Source: Camelus ferus
Taxonomy: Eukaryota
NCBI RefSeq assembly: GCF_009834535.1
Contig: NC_045696.1
Coordinates: 21,144,001 to 21,208,000, forward strand
Length of the DNA stretch: 64,000 nucleotides
Reading direction: 5' to 3'
Shown: positions 13,158-26,533 of the stretch, in pieces
Numbering within the stretch: the stretch's first letter is position 1
Layout of the letters: each line of letters opens with the position of its first letter
Position numbers and translations under genes: made by a program
The notes under the pieces: generated by a model
What the model saw: only the letters and a program-made list of their open reading frames with translations
Database searches by the model: none
Told to the model about the DNA's origin: nothing

Positions 13158-13348
13158 CGGGTGGCCTTTGGAAAACAAGGGTTTGAACTGTGTTAGGTCC
13201 ACAGATACGGGTCTTTTGTTTTTCAACAGTAAATACTGCAGTAGGATGTGAAGCAGTGGATTTGTAGGGCCAACTATAAATTACAGATGGTTTTTGACAG
13301 TAGAGAGGGTCGGGAATCTTAACCCCTGAGTTGTTCAAGGGTCAACTG
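13158..13348 (+). mobile_element. MER8/Tigger2-derived MITE
   Basis: Degenerate left TIR 'cgggtggcctttggaaaac', then 'gggtttgaactgtgttaggtccacagatacgg'; right TIR 'gttgttcaagggtcaactg'; TA on the left flank. Confidence 0.85.
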
Positions 13349-14499
13349 TGCTGACTTCGGGGATAAATTTATTTTCTCTTTATTTTAAGGGTGATGAGGA
13401 ATAACTGCTTTACATTTTAGATACTGGCTTGTTTTCTAACTTCAGTGTGTAGAGCAAATGCTTTGATAACCTTTTCTGTTTATATTCTAAAAAATGAGGA
13501 ACATGAGATAATTTAAATCCTAAGGACCTAGAAAAACCACTTCCAAATGTGTGGAAACCACACAGCTGCTTGAGGAACCATGCCCATTAATCAATCACTT
13601 GGCAGCTAAGACTGAACAGAGAAGGAAGGATAAATTTTAAGCCTTTAATTTCATCACTATTTTAAATCATCAGGATAAGAATTAGATTTTGATTTTTGAT
13701 ACCTTGGGGTTTTAAAAAATAACCTTGGAAACTAACCTGCCAGAAAGTTTAATCTTTGGATTTAACATTTCTATAAACATTTATAATGAGAGGAGGCTTA
13801 TATTAAAATTTGTGACATCTCTGTGTTGATAGTAGTTTATTACTGCAGTGCCTTTATGATGTCATTTGATCTTTCTGCACAGTGTCTTAATTCACATCTT
13901 CGTCAGTGTGTCTGGATATAATTTGTAGTAGAACATGCAACGTGGTGTAAACTTTCAGCTTGATATTAATGCAATGGATATAGCGCCCTGCTGAATGTCA
14001 GAGCCATCTGCTGCCAAAAGATGCACAGTCTACCTGTGATCCCAGATGGATACATAAATAATTGGTTGGTTGGAGATTTGCTTCCATGTAGAGATACCCG
14101 CTAGCATCTTATTCCGTTACTTTATGCCCTACTACATCCTTTTGTCCAAGACAGCAAGGGTCATTTAATCTGATTTGGAAGGATAAATGGGGCCTAGCTT
14201 ACCCATCCCTTTCCCCTCTTTGTCTTGTCAGTGAGTTTCCCTAAGGGAGGATAGATTTGCTATGTTTTGTTCCTTCATAGCAGAAATGTTTCTAAATAAG
14301 GTTCAGCCTTCCTCCAGCAGCTAAGCCTAGCTTTTCCAATGCTACCAGGGGTGAAGTGGGTAATTCTGTCTCAGTCTGGCATTTTGCTTAAGAAATTTAC
14401 TTGCCCACCCATATGTCACATTCTTCAATATCAGCATTATCAGTAATAAAGATAATAATTTTTTTCCCTATCTATGTTACTCTTTTCTATCAATTTTTC

Positions 14500-14600
14500 C
14501 ATTTCCTTTTTTTCAATGGAGGTACTGAGGATTGAGCTCAGGATTGAGCTCGCACATGCTAAGCACATGGTCTACCACTGAGCTCTATCTTTATTCCCTA
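14500..14600 (-). mobile_element. tRNA-derived SINE, Vic-1-like (camelid)
   Basis: Minus strand reads 'agagctcagtggtagaccatgtgcttagcatgtgcgag...ctcaatcctcagtacctccattgaaaaaaa' (A box, tRNA-Ala-like body, A tail); perfect 15-bp TSD ttctatcaatttttc at 14485-14499 and 14601-14615. Confidence 0.88.
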
Positions 14601-14699
14601 TTCTATCAATTTTTCAATATGCTTAGAACTCCAGGTTGGGGAGCAGGTGGATTCAAATCTCCAAGGCTTTTTAATCATTAATTAAAAAAAGCCATTAAA

Positions 14700-15690
14700 A
14701 TTTTTTTTTTCTAGTGCTGGTTGATTTCTGAAGATTATTCTTTTATTTATAGACTTCCATGTTTATTTCAATGATATATTGCATTTTCTATTTAAATATA
14801 TTAGGGTGCTTTTATTTCTTTGGACTTTCTTTGGCTCCAAATATTTTCTTTTTTTCCTGATTTTTTTTTCCATTTTGTTTTAACCACTGCTTTTCATGAT
14901 TGAGGTTTTCCTGAAAAGTGTGATAATTCTTGGTTTTCTGCTTATATTTAGGAATAAGTCACTAAAAACTGATTGGACATGTGGGGGCTGCTTACTTGTG
15001 AGCTTTGCTGTTTGGTGATTGGGCAGGTACTCAAGTCTTTTGGTGGAGAGTCTCAGATACCTGTATCTACAGATCTTTTCTCTTAGGTCAGCCACTTCCA
15101 AACTCTTCCTTTGGATTTATAAACATGAATGCCAGCTCCTGGGATCCTAAGTGAGATGGAATATGTTTTACCCATTAAAGTACAAACTTTCATCCATAAG
15201 TAAGAATAATGCCTAACCTCTGCCCTGCACTGTTTCCAATTTCTTAGCTTCTGGGATTCTATCTTTCAGAAATAGATCTTTAATCTTCTCCCAGTGTAGG
15301 AAATGTATCACAATGTAGCTAAATGGGGGAGAGGAGAATCTAACTCCTCTTTACTCATACTTTCAATCACTTCTTCCACTTTGATGCTTTGGACCCATTT
15401 GTTCCACTTGTCCCCAGCATCCCTGCCTGGTGCCTCTCCCATCGTGAGTCTCTAAGTTCTCAGGTGACAACCTACCTGCCTCTTGTTGGCTTCTCTCACT
15501 CAAGAAATTAAGTTTTTCCTTTCTTAACTCTGCTAATTGAATTACCAGGAAATTGCCCTCTTTCTGTTATCTAAATGAGCAGTTGTAAGACTGTTATCAT
15601 CTTCATTCTCATTCCTTTGTCCTTTTAGGTGACTTTTTAATTTTTTACATTTATTTTTTGAGAGAGGATTAAAAAAACACATTTTCAAAC
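14700..15690 (-). mobile_element. Ancient L1M/HAL1-like 5'/ORF1 fragment (very degenerate)
   Basis: T-rich, pyrimidine-biased strand with the texture of an old antisense L1; no diagnostic motif read. Confidence 0.35.
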
Positions 15691-16319
15691 TCCCATGTTT
15701 AACTCAAAATTTCCTTTACTTATTAACAAATACTTCTAAAATTGATAATGGTGGCTATCAAATGAAATAAGGTAATTAATTTATAGCTTTTATATATGCT
15801 ATTTACTCACATTTTAGAAAGACTCTGCAAGCAGCTGAAAGTTAAGAAATGCTCTGTCATTTTCACTGTCTTCCAGATAAGAAACAAAATATATTTTCAG
15901 AAAATTTTCCTAAGTGTTAAACTCCTTCACAATATAAAATTTTATAGAAATATTTTGGGAACTTTGCAACATTCCTACCAGACTAATTTCTCTACCCACA
16001 TGACACCCTATTATGATAATTTACCCTGTTATGATAATTATCTCAAACTATTTCAAGTCCTTCCTCAATTTTTGTATTTTTCTTGAATATAAAATTTCTA
16101 AGAAGATATTCACATTCCTTGTGTCTATAGATATGTAGACAGTTTCTGAATTTCACCCCAAAAGACATGATCTCACATCTTTACTCTTAACCTATAGAAG
16201 TTTGAATGTTTATTGGATACACACACGCACACACACATATATATGTATATAAATTTAACTGATGGCATCACTTTTAGTTACCTTAGAACCTCCTGTATGT
16301 CTTGAGTTCCTTAGAAGTA

Positions 16320-16626
16320 AAAGGAAATAGTCACAAGACAACATATTGCGAGACTCCATTCAGATGAAATGTCCAGATTAGGCAAATCCACCAAGGCAGA
16401 GATAAATTAATAGTTTGCCTACATGGTAGGGAAATGAAAATGGAGGGGCTAAGAACTGACTGCTAACGAGTATGTGTTTCTTTTCAGGAAGGCAAAAATG
16501 TTAGAGAATTAGAGTGTAGTGATAGTTGCACAACTCTGAATAGACTAATAATCATTCAAGTGTACACTGCAAACGAGTGAACTTTATTGTACATGAATTA
16601 TATCTTAATAAAGATTTTTAAAGAAA
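16320..16626 (+). mobile_element. L1MB-type 3' end
   Basis: 'ccattcagatgaaatgtccagattaggcaaatcca...gtgatagttgcacaactctgaatagacta...catgaattatatcttaataaag'. Confidence 0.88.
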
Positions 16627-19307
16627 GAATGAGTCACTGCTGAAGATTCTAATTATATTACTACACATTTTTGTTTCCATTAATGTGAAAAATAATTGCT
16701 ACTGTGTGGTTTGTTGTTCCTTTACACCTTCATTTGATGCTACCATTAATTGAAATGAATTCTGCAGTGTATAATGCTGTCAAACATGTAATTGCCACTT
16801 CTAAACTTCCAATTGTTCTTAAAATGTGAACAAATCATTTTGTCCTAAATTTAAGTGATTTAAAATTAAGACTCATTATGTGAAGCAGTAACAACTAAAA
16901 ATTATTTGCTTTACTTTTGCAGTGTGATTGTTAATTACTAAATTTTCATTCTTTGCCACAAATCAGGGAAACAATACAGCATGGGTTTAATATATATTTT
17001 ATCTCAGTTTATGAAAATGTTGACTCCTTAAGGCAGAACTTAATCTTTTTTGTTCATTGGTATATTGCCAACGCACATAACTGAGGACTATCACAAAATG
17101 AACTCTGAATACATGTATATTAACTGACTATATCCTGACTGACTCTTCTACTCTTTATAGCAGGTATGGTTATTACTCTCCTAAAACAACTGGATGGAGG
17201 AGTGTATTTGATTTTTTCAAGGTATTTTCAGGTTTAAGTTGCATTTGGAATTAGATTAATTATCTTCAAGTAAATGTCTCATTAAAATTAAGTGACATTA
17301 GAAATGCTTTATAGTGTTTAGAAAGATCAGATGCAAGGATTAACTTCTATATTCAGAGTTAACAAGTAATACACACAGGCATAGGAACCCCCCACTCCCC
17401 AGCCCCCCACTCCAGGAGAAGAAACATTACTTGGCTCTCTCTTTCTGGCTCTTTCTTCTTTCTTACTCTATTAGGGTATAAGAAAACGGGAGAGCATAAA
17501 AACAAAGTCAGGATTGTTATATAGTGGAAAAAGGAAAAAGAGATGATCTGTTCTCCATTTTAGGACATCTTTTTGGCACTGAGATAAAATTTGCTGACGG
17601 GTGATGCTCAATGCTGAAGATTAATGGGGCAGGGATTGACTTTGCCATGAAGCATATATACCAGACAATCTCAAGCGGAGGACACATGTATTTTCTCATC
17701 CAGGGACTTGTCAACTACAAAGTCAAAGTACACTTCTGTTTCTTATTTTATGAGCCTTTGAGGTATTATAATAAAGCAAGCACTGAAGTTGCCAAAAGTT
17801 AAAAGATCTTTTTTACTTACATCTTAGGACTCAAAGGCAGTAGAATTATCTTCAGTGCTTGAGTCCTTTGCAGCTCTGACAGCAATAGCCACAGTGAATC
17901 CACAGTGAAGAGAAGCCAATACACATTATAAATGTTGTATTTTATTTTTCAATGTCCATCAGTGATTCTTCAATATTACTTATTTTTCCAGTCTGATTGC
18001 ATGCTGTTCACATCTTATACTTTTCATAATTAGCGTTACTGATTACACAATGAGTGAGAATCAAATGTGATTATATGCATTAAAAAAATTTGAACAGTTT
18101 CTGAAATATGGTTAGTCCATATAAGTGTTAGCTATCCTTAATATTATCATCAGATTTCTTATCATAGTTGCTTCTGTGTTTTCTTCCTCAGCATTGATTG
18201 GAGTCTTTAAGCTATGAACTTTATTCCCTATTCTAAAATGTAAACTCATTTACAGGTTGTAGCTCATCAAAACAGTGGGTATTACTATATTTATGCTAGC
18301 GTCTTACTTAAAGTAAGGAAAACTGTGGGCTTCCCACTTACTGCTTTTATTTTATTGAGGCTTATTTGCACTTTACTTATCTCAAACTCCCCCAAATTTG
18401 ATGCATGTAGACTACTTGCTTTTTTAAAGCACTCTTGTCAATGTCTTCTATATGAAATTGTCCCTTTCACAATTTTAGGCCAGTTCTGGAAGAAGATTGT
18501 TTCTTTTAACTTTTACATTGCATTTACATTACACTTTTAAACTATTAGGACTAAAAAGTGGTATCTTTTATTTTCTCTACAAATTTTATATCAGGAATAA
18601 TAATTATGAAAGGCATGTCATCAAATATGGTAATGGATAGAAAGTACAGACACTAAAAATAGATTGCTTTTTACTGGAAATATATATAGAAACTTATCTG
18701 CACAGATATGGCTGCACAAAGCAAGAGACAGAACAACATACTTCCACTAGGAGGAGCTGTCATCTCCTGGGTTAACCAAGTTCTTATGGGCATGGAAAGC
18801 TGATGATAACATCTTCTGAAAGTGGCCATTATTTTAACAGACCTAAGATCCAACTTCTTGACCATTCTCTGGGGTAAGGAAAGTTTCTTGAATATTGTAA
18901 CTTAGATATATGCTTGCTAGGAACAAGGAACAATGAGGCTGCATGAGCTGGGGGTTAATATGTAGCAATTTAGAATATTAAACTAAAAATATTTCACAGG
19001 AAGCCTAGAGTTCTATCACCCAGCAGGGATTATAGGTTGTAATACACAGGAAGATCATAATCTTATTAGTAATGTTAGTTATAACTGCAACTTTATGAAA
19101 ACCTGAATCATTTAATAAAGAACTCAGCAATTTTAAAACAAAAGTACTTTGTTTCAAGACGTAATTGAAACCACGTATTTTAGCTTCTAAAGCGCACTAT
19201 TCTAATTTACTTTCTGGGAATTAAAATATCATTGGATTGACTGTTGCCTGTATAGCATATGTCTATAAAAGACAAGCTTTCAGAAGAAATATTTAAAAAT
19301 AAAAGTT

Positions 19308-21526
19308 GTGCTTCCTTTCTAGGCCAAGATGGAGTAATAAGAATTGGATATATTCTTCCACTTAACTCAAATATAAAACTAGACAAAATATACAAAATAA
19401 TGATTTTCAAGACATTGGACATCAGGCAATAATGTTTAATGGTCCTTAAGAGAAAAGAAACAAATGAAGTGAGTCCTGCAATTAGCCCAACTTAATGTCT
19501 GAAAAGAGTTTCTAGGCCACAGTTCCAGGAAAGTAATTCCTGTGGAGGCTGGTAGTCTCCCTGAATTTAGGAACCAGAGATGAGATGTTGGAAGGAATAA
19601 GGAAGCTTGGATTTACAGTGTAGAATACTGGAGAGGGGACAGTGAAGTCAAGGGACAGCCTTAGAGGTCTGCAGAGGGCCCCCTAAAAATGTTTTCAGCT
19701 GAGTGATGATTTGGGAATGCAAGGGAGGAAATTGCTTAAGTCCAGAGAAGGAATCACCTGAAAAAATTAGAATAGTGTCAAGGACTCACACCGAGTGGAA
19801 AATCACATAATTCATGGGGCATGAGTACTCAGAAGCTAGCTATCCTCAAAGGGATCAGAATGCTCCCAAGAAATTTAACATCACCTAGAATATAGCTCAA
19901 GAATATTTCTCAGAATAAAAATATCCACCACTTAACACAATAAAAATAGGTATCTGGCATTCAATCAAAAATTGCTGGGCATACAAGGGGAGGAAAAATA
20001 CGACACACAGTGAGGAGAAAACTAGTCAGTTGAAACAAACTAAAAAATATTACTGATGTTAAAAAAAAATGGATAAGAATCTTATCTGTTATCGTAATTG
20101 TGTACTATACATTCAAGCAGATAAAAGATTGTACTTAGTAAGTAGACATGCGAGAGATACAAAAAAGATTCAAATTAAAATTCTAGAGATGGGAATTGCA
20201 AGGCCTGAAGTGAAAAATAGACTAGATGAGATATTACAAACTGCATATTAAAAGATAAAAAAACTTGAAGAAATATTAATAGAAATTATGAAAAAGAAAA
20301 TGAACCCAGCAATGGTGAACTGTGGGGTAACTTGAAGTGGTGTAATCCACAAATAATTGGACTCTGTGAAAGATAGAAAAGAAGGGGGCAAAAGAATTCA
20401 ATAGATAATGGCCAAATTTTGAGATTTTATGAATATTATAAAATCACATATATCAAAATTTCAATGAACCTTAAATGCAAAAGACATGTGATATACTACA
20501 CATAAACTAATTGCTAAGAACCAAGATAAACAGAGAAACAAAAAACCACATTATTTATCAGGAATAGAGGTCAGAGTAATAGTTGATTCCTCATTGGCAC
20601 AATACAGGCTGGAAAATAGTTGGGCAATGTTTTGTAAGTACCTCGGAAAAAGATCAGTCATCTCTGAGTTGCATACCCAATTAGAATATCTTCACTATTG
20701 AAAGCAAAATAATGTCTTTTTGAAGCATAAAATAGAACAATGAATTTATGACCCAAATCCATGGAGAAGTGTTAAAGGTAGAAAGAGAATGATTCCAGTT
20801 TGAAATCTGGAACTAGACAAAGGAACAAAGAGCACTGGAAATCACATTTACTTGGGTAAATACAGGACAGACCACTGACAATTTAAGGCAAAAATAACAA
20901 AAGTGAATTGTGAGTTTTATAAAGTAGAAAGTCAGGAACCACCAATAGCATCAGTACTGGGGAGGGAGAACTGTTGTATGGTTTTTATGTTACTCAAAAG
21001 TAGAAGGTGATAGATTAAAGATGTTTACTATAAACACTGAAGAAACTGTCAAATTAAAAAGTGCTCTAGTTAAATAGCCAACAGAGGACATGAAATGAAA
21101 TAATATAAATAGCCAGTGAATCCAAAAGGAGGCAGAAACAGGGAAAAGAGAATGAAGAATGGTTGGGACAAATAGAAGACAAATATCAAGATGACCAATT
21201 TATATTTAACCATATCAGGGATATGGGAAGGGATAAATTGGGAGTTTGAGATTTGCAGATACTAACTACTATAATGAAAAAAAGTTTATACTGTGTAGCA
21301 CCTGGAACTACATTCAATATCTTGCAGTAACCTATAATGAAAAAGAATATGAAAATGAACACATGTATGTATATGCATGGCTGAAACATTATGCTGTACA
21401 CCAGAAACTGATACAACATTGTAAACTGACTATACTTCAATAGAAAAAAAAAGTGTTAAAAAATAAACGTTACCATATTAATAATGACATTAAAAGTAAC
21501 TGGCCTAAACTCTCTTGTTTAAAGGC
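19308..21526 (+). mobile_element. Old L1M (L1MC/MD-type) 5' UTR, decayed ORF1 and start of ORF2
   Basis: 5' 'cttcctttctaggccaagatggagtaa...gattttcaagacattggacatcaggcaa'; ORF1-like A-rich body; ORF2 start remnant 'ataatgacattaaaagtaactggcctaaactctc'. Confidence 0.8.
21218..21464 (+). mobile_element. LINE-1 3' UTR fragment inserted in the old L1M
   Basis: 'gggataaattgggagtttgagatttgcagatactaactac...gtaaactgactatacttcaatagaaaaaaaaa'; degenerate TSD around 'accatat' at 21202-21217 and 21465-21480. Confidence 0.9.
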
Positions 21527-23129
21527 CTTTTCCACGTGGACTCACAGATGTAGCTGTACTTGCGTCTGCCTCTGATACACAGCACTTTACTTCATTTCTT
21601 TGCCTATGTTCCTAATGAAGAGGGCCTGAGTTCTATTTGATTCAACTCTACCCTTTTTATGTTTTACATAGCAATAGAGTAAAACTAAACATTCAATAAA
21701 TATATATTAAATAGAATATTTGAAGTCTTGTGAGATACTGAGGAAAGACAGAATAAGCATACGAATCTCTAAAGTTCATCATTGGTGCTAGGATGGACAA
21801 GCTGATATAGAACAGATTCAAAAATTGTTGGTATTGTGAGAATTTGATCTGAAAACAGAAATGAAGAAAATAAAAACTGGAAAGTGATATAGATCTGTAA
21901 CATTAGCTTAAATAAAAGGGATTTTTCATCAAGTTTGGTGATCAATGAGTTAGAGGAAAATGAGAAGCAGGAGGATGACTTCTATTGGATATGAAGTTTT
22001 GGCAATAAAAAAACCTCTAGTAAAGAACATTGCAGAAATTCCTGGAGTGAAATGGTCCCAAATGAAAATAAAATATATATTTAGAGATAGTATATCAATT
22101 TGGAGCATTTAATTTTTTTTTGATCTATCATTGCTTTCAAATGAAGATTTATTTTTCATTTCACTTAGGATAAATGCAGGGATCACTTTAAATAGATTGA
22201 AGTCAATAAAGCATTGTCCCTGTCGGTCTCTTAATAACTGGAAGCTTATTTAGGTATTACTCTTTCATGTCAAAAAGTTCCCTGGTATCTTAGCTCAAGT
22301 AGAAAATGATTGTCTCCTTTGTGATGGTAGCAAATGTTTTGTTTGGTTGGTTTTATTTTATTTTTTTAAGCACATACAGGCAATATTCTCAACTAAAATG
22401 CAGAACTTGAGTATTTCTTGGCTAGGACAAGTAATTTCCACAGCAAAAATACCACTTAAAAATTATATGCACATATCAACCATATTATATTTTGTAGCTT
22501 TTGATATTATACAATTACTCTATTATAATATAACTGTAATTTAAAAAAAAACAACTTGTAACTACACATGGCACAACTGAGGCAATTCAAATTCTCTTAA
22601 ATACATGGTTACATGAAAAGCCATGCTCAGGAATACTTGTAATTGAAAAGACAGACAAGATGACCCACAAATAAACTTGTCTTTTAACATCTTTTAATAC
22701 TACACAGCAAATGCATACAAGTTAAGCCGTGTTTATAGCAAGCATGAAAGCTTATATCCAGATTTAATATAATTTTTAGAAATCAAAGCTATATGTTGCT
22801 CTCTGCAGATTATAACAAAAAATGAAAAACATGCACTGATTATATAAAGTAGAAATGAGCAAATATATCATTAAATAAAATGAAAAAGAGCACAGTAATC
22901 TTATTTTTCCTTTAGCTATTGAAGTATGTTTTAATTCCATCCTAAACTTTTAAATTCTAAGTGATATAAATGTAATCATTTAAAATGAAGAAAACAGTTT
23001 GAAATGGAATAGCCTGTATCTAGAAATGAATTTACAACAGAGGATTAGATTCTTATATTTTAGTTTATAATATTAAATATACACTTTCACATATATTAAC
23101 CAGTGAGTCTTCTTCTCTTTTGATAATTG

Positions 23130-23146
23130 AAAAAAAAAAAAAAAAA
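23130..23146 (+). repeat. A17 homopolymer
   Basis: Read directly from the sequence. Confidence 0.95.
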
Positions 23147-23834
23147 GCAATCCTCATGCAATTCTTTGGTAATCGATTTACTCTGAGAGAAATACAATTC
23201 TTTAACTTGATAATCTCTGATTTATTTTATTAACCGTAAGGTTAAGTGTATGAGTACTTACAGAGGTTATATGCTGTCTGTAGAGCTATTTAATTTAAGC
23301 TCATAAATTAATGCCTTAATAATCAATAGCTACCTAATTCACTGCTTAAATTGTACATATTTCATTAATTTTGCATTAGTTCAACTATCTTAGTGATCCT
23401 GGCCAGTATTGAATGTGAAAGCATCCTGGCTAATGAATGATTTATTGCAAACGTAGTTTACAAAGAAACACTCAGTTGCCTATTTGCCAGGTTGTAACAA
23501 GGTGAAATAGCACTGATGATGTTTATTTATGAATTTGGATAAGTCTCTTAATGCTCTTCCACTGTAATTCTAAAGCTATCTTCCTACTCAGATATTTTTT
23601 CCTTCTATTTTCTCTGAAGCTAACTATCTCACTATCTTTTTAATCTACTATTTTTGTGTATATAGGGACCATCTCCAAACATTTTCTTTTATTGTCTGTG
23701 TATTAATCTCTGCTCTTTTTCCTGCTCATCTCAGCCAGTAAATTTTCTGGAATATCGGAGAGCCCCCAAACAACTTTCTGAACTTTTTTCCTATCCTCTT
23801 TCTGTCCCAATGCAGTTAATGAAAGCGATTAAAC

Positions 23835-24050
23835 ATGTGAGCCCTATAGAAAGTAATTCTTGGATTTAAACCCCGATTCCAACATTTTCTAGTTGTGTGA
23901 TCTTCTCTGTTATTCAGTAAACTCATCCATAAAATGATGAGAATAACAATATTTACTTTTAGGGTTTGTAGCTTAAATAAAAAAAAACAATACAAGAGCA
24001 CTTTGAATCATGCTTGATACTACAATAATATTTGCTATCATTATTCTTAT
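23835..24050 (+). mobile_element. MIR SINE
   Basis: 'tggatttaaaccccgattccaac...tagttgtgtgatctt...ctcatccataaaatgatgagaataac...tagggtttgt...agagcacttt'. Confidence 0.7.
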
Positions 24051-24569
24051 CACTAACATCTTTAATATAGGAAGCCAGCCTCACCATTTTGACTCAAACT
24101 GTCATTTACAGCTAAATCTGTTTCAATCTGAGTTCTGCACCATTATCCTAATGAGATTGTTTTCATGAAATCACTATTCTGTACAAAGAACTGGAGAATT
24201 TGTACAATATTTCTTTAGTATAATTTAACATTACATAGGAAAGGATTTTTAAAACTTTGTAAGCCTATGCACCTGCAATTCTATCCTTTGGCTTATATTT
24301 TAAGGAAATAGAGAAGTGAGAAAATTGAAAAGATATTTATCAAAGAATGACCAACAAAAAGCTAACCAAACTTTGTTTATGGTATGTTCTAAAAATGGGA
24401 AAAACTTAAAGCCCAAGAATAATAGAGTAATTCAATAAACTATCATATAAGATAACACGAGACAGTGGGCAGATATAAAAAATATTTTAAATGCACATCT
24501 GTCAACACAGAAAATATGTTTTCAATTTTTTCTACATTAATATCACAGACTTTTTTCTATGTTCCTAAC

Positions 24570-24760
24570 AAAGTCAGATGGCTTGTGTTCAAATCCCAGC
24601 TCATCCAACCCATAACTCTGTGAACTTGAACAAAAAAATTGACCCCTCCAAGTGGAAATATTAGACCTTACCTATTACATTTTTGTGAGGATGAATAATA
24701 ATGTTAACTTGAAATATTTACATAGAATTTGGCAAGTATTTCATAATAAAAAGTGTTATT
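24570..24760 (+). mobile_element. MIR SINE
   Basis: 'gtcagatggcttgtgttcaaatcccagctc...ctgtgaacttgaacaa...ttgtgaggatgaataa...tggcaagtatttcataataaaa'. Confidence 0.7.
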
Positions 24761-25146
24761 TTTGTCTTTACTCCAGTAATGTAACATTTCAAAATTTTCT
24801 GGAACTCTCTTCTTGGTACCTAACTTTTCAAAGTGATCATTCTAAATTGAAAAGATTCATTTTTACAACTATAATGTTAAATACTCCAAAATCTTCAACA
24901 CCATAATCTCATCCAAACTTTACAACTTTGTCTCAAATTCCTTTAGTGTATTGCTACCTGGATATTGTAAAAAGCTCAAACACAGAAATTCCAAATATGT
25001 CCTCATAATATTCTCCTTCAAATTAACTTTTCCTTCTGCAGTCCTTCTATTCATTATTACATTGCTCTATAGGAAGAATTAAAAAATGATAAGCTCTGGT
25101 TTCTTCTGAATAAATTTGTCTTTCCAGACTTCCATATCTAATAGGT

Positions 25147-25493
25147 TACTATGGACTGAATGCTATCCCCAGGAAGGTGTGTGTTGTAGCCCTGAACCCC
25201 CAATGTAAGTATATTGGAGACCTTTGGGAGGCAATTAGGGTTAGATGAGGTCATGAGGGTGGGACCTTCATGATAGGATCAGTGGCTTTGTAAGAAGAGA
25301 GAGAGAGTTAGAGAAACTGCTCTCTCTGCCATGTGAGGACAAAACCAGAAAAAAACAACACAGGAGGAGGGCTCTCCACCAGGAAAGTAATCAGCCAGCG
25401 CCTTGATCTTGGACTTGCCAGTTTCCCAAATGTCTGCTGTTTAGCCACCTAGTCCGTGGAATTTTGTTATAGCAACCCCAGCAGACTAAAATA
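25147..25493 (+). mobile_element. MaLR solo LTR, MLT1A-like, within decayed L2-like sequence
   Basis: 'tactatggactgaatg...aattagggttagatgaggtcatgagggtgggacc...gccatgtgaggac...ccttgatcttggactt...tttgttatagcaaccccagcagactaa'. Confidence 0.9.
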
Positions 25494-25880
25494 CCATGCA
25501 GTTGATTTTTTTTTCTCAGCTATCTCCTTAATGCCAATTAGTTCAGGGTCTCTGCGTCTTTAATCAGGAAATCACTACCGCCTCCTCCTGTCTCTCTGTT
25601 ACCTGAATCTTCCCACTGCAGTTTATCTATCAAATGTCACTAACAATTTCCTTCCAGAGAATAATTTGATCATATGATTCCTCTGCCAAAAAACAAAACC
25701 AAATTTCTGTTGGCTTCCTCTTATCTATAGTAAAAACAATCTAAGCTCCTTACTCTTAATATTGAGTGAGCATGAAATAGTTGAACACATACATATTAGC
25801 TTTAGCAATGCCTAGAACATGATTCAAGCATTATGGTTACTGTATTCATTACCCCTGCTTAACTTGGTTGCTTAACACAA

Positions 25881-26533
25881 TGTAGCAGATGCTGCTGGTG
25901 CCCCGGAACAAGTCCCTTCCATGGCAGGTGTGCTCAGACCCCAGCGTCTGTGTTTTGCCTGACATGCATAGTTGCCCCCCTCTATGGTGAACATCCCTGG
26001 GCCAAATGGGAGCCTTTTAGCACTGGAGGCTACTCCCCACCTCTCTCTCCCAGTTCTGCCTCCCATGGAGGAAAGGCCTCTGCCAATGGATGGGCTTACA
26101 CTGGGGCAGGAAATGATCCTCCTTTCCTCAGTGCAGCTTAACTCCATGCTGCCCAAGTATGTGCTTTAGGCTTCCCTTTTGGATCAGAGTGAAGATAGTC
26201 TCCAGCTTTTTTTTTTTTTTCCCTTCCTGGGATTTTTTTAAAATTGAATTTTTAAAATTCACATATCAAAAAAAATTTCACATAACATAAAGTTAACCAT
26301 TTTAAAGTGAACAATTCAGTGGATTTAGTACCCACACAATGTGTAACCATCACCTCTATCTAGCCCCAAAACTTCTTCATCATCCCAGAAGGAAACCTTG
26401 TACCCATTCAGCCATCCCTGCTTCCTTTTAGCTCTAGCCTGCTTCCTACACTCTTCTTTTCCTGCCAGCCTTTCCCTGATAGTCAGTTGATAGGAAATCC
26501 ATGTTTTACTCCCTGGAAACCCCAGATAAGAGA
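25881..26533 (+). mobile_element. ERVL solo LTR, LTR16-type, interrupted by an L1MB 3' end
   Basis: Starts 'tgtagcagatgctgctggtgccccggaacaagtcccttc', ends 'cctggaaaccccagataagaga'; near-perfect 5-bp TSD cacaa/aacaa. Confidence 0.75.
26207..26420 (-). mobile_element. L1MB-type extreme 3' end
   Basis: T tract, then 'ttcacataacataaagttaaccattttaaagtgaacaattcagtggatttagta...aaccatcacctcta...ttcatcatcccagaaggaaacc'. Confidence 0.88.

Noticed and set aside
12712..13338. Longest ORF in the track (208 aa, minus strand)
   Set aside because: It starts inside the MER8 element at a non-ATG codon and has no recognisable domain; probably a chance ORF
14520..14600. Possible tRNA-Ala gene
   Set aside because: The A tail, 15-bp TSD and broken T-arm indicate a SINE copy
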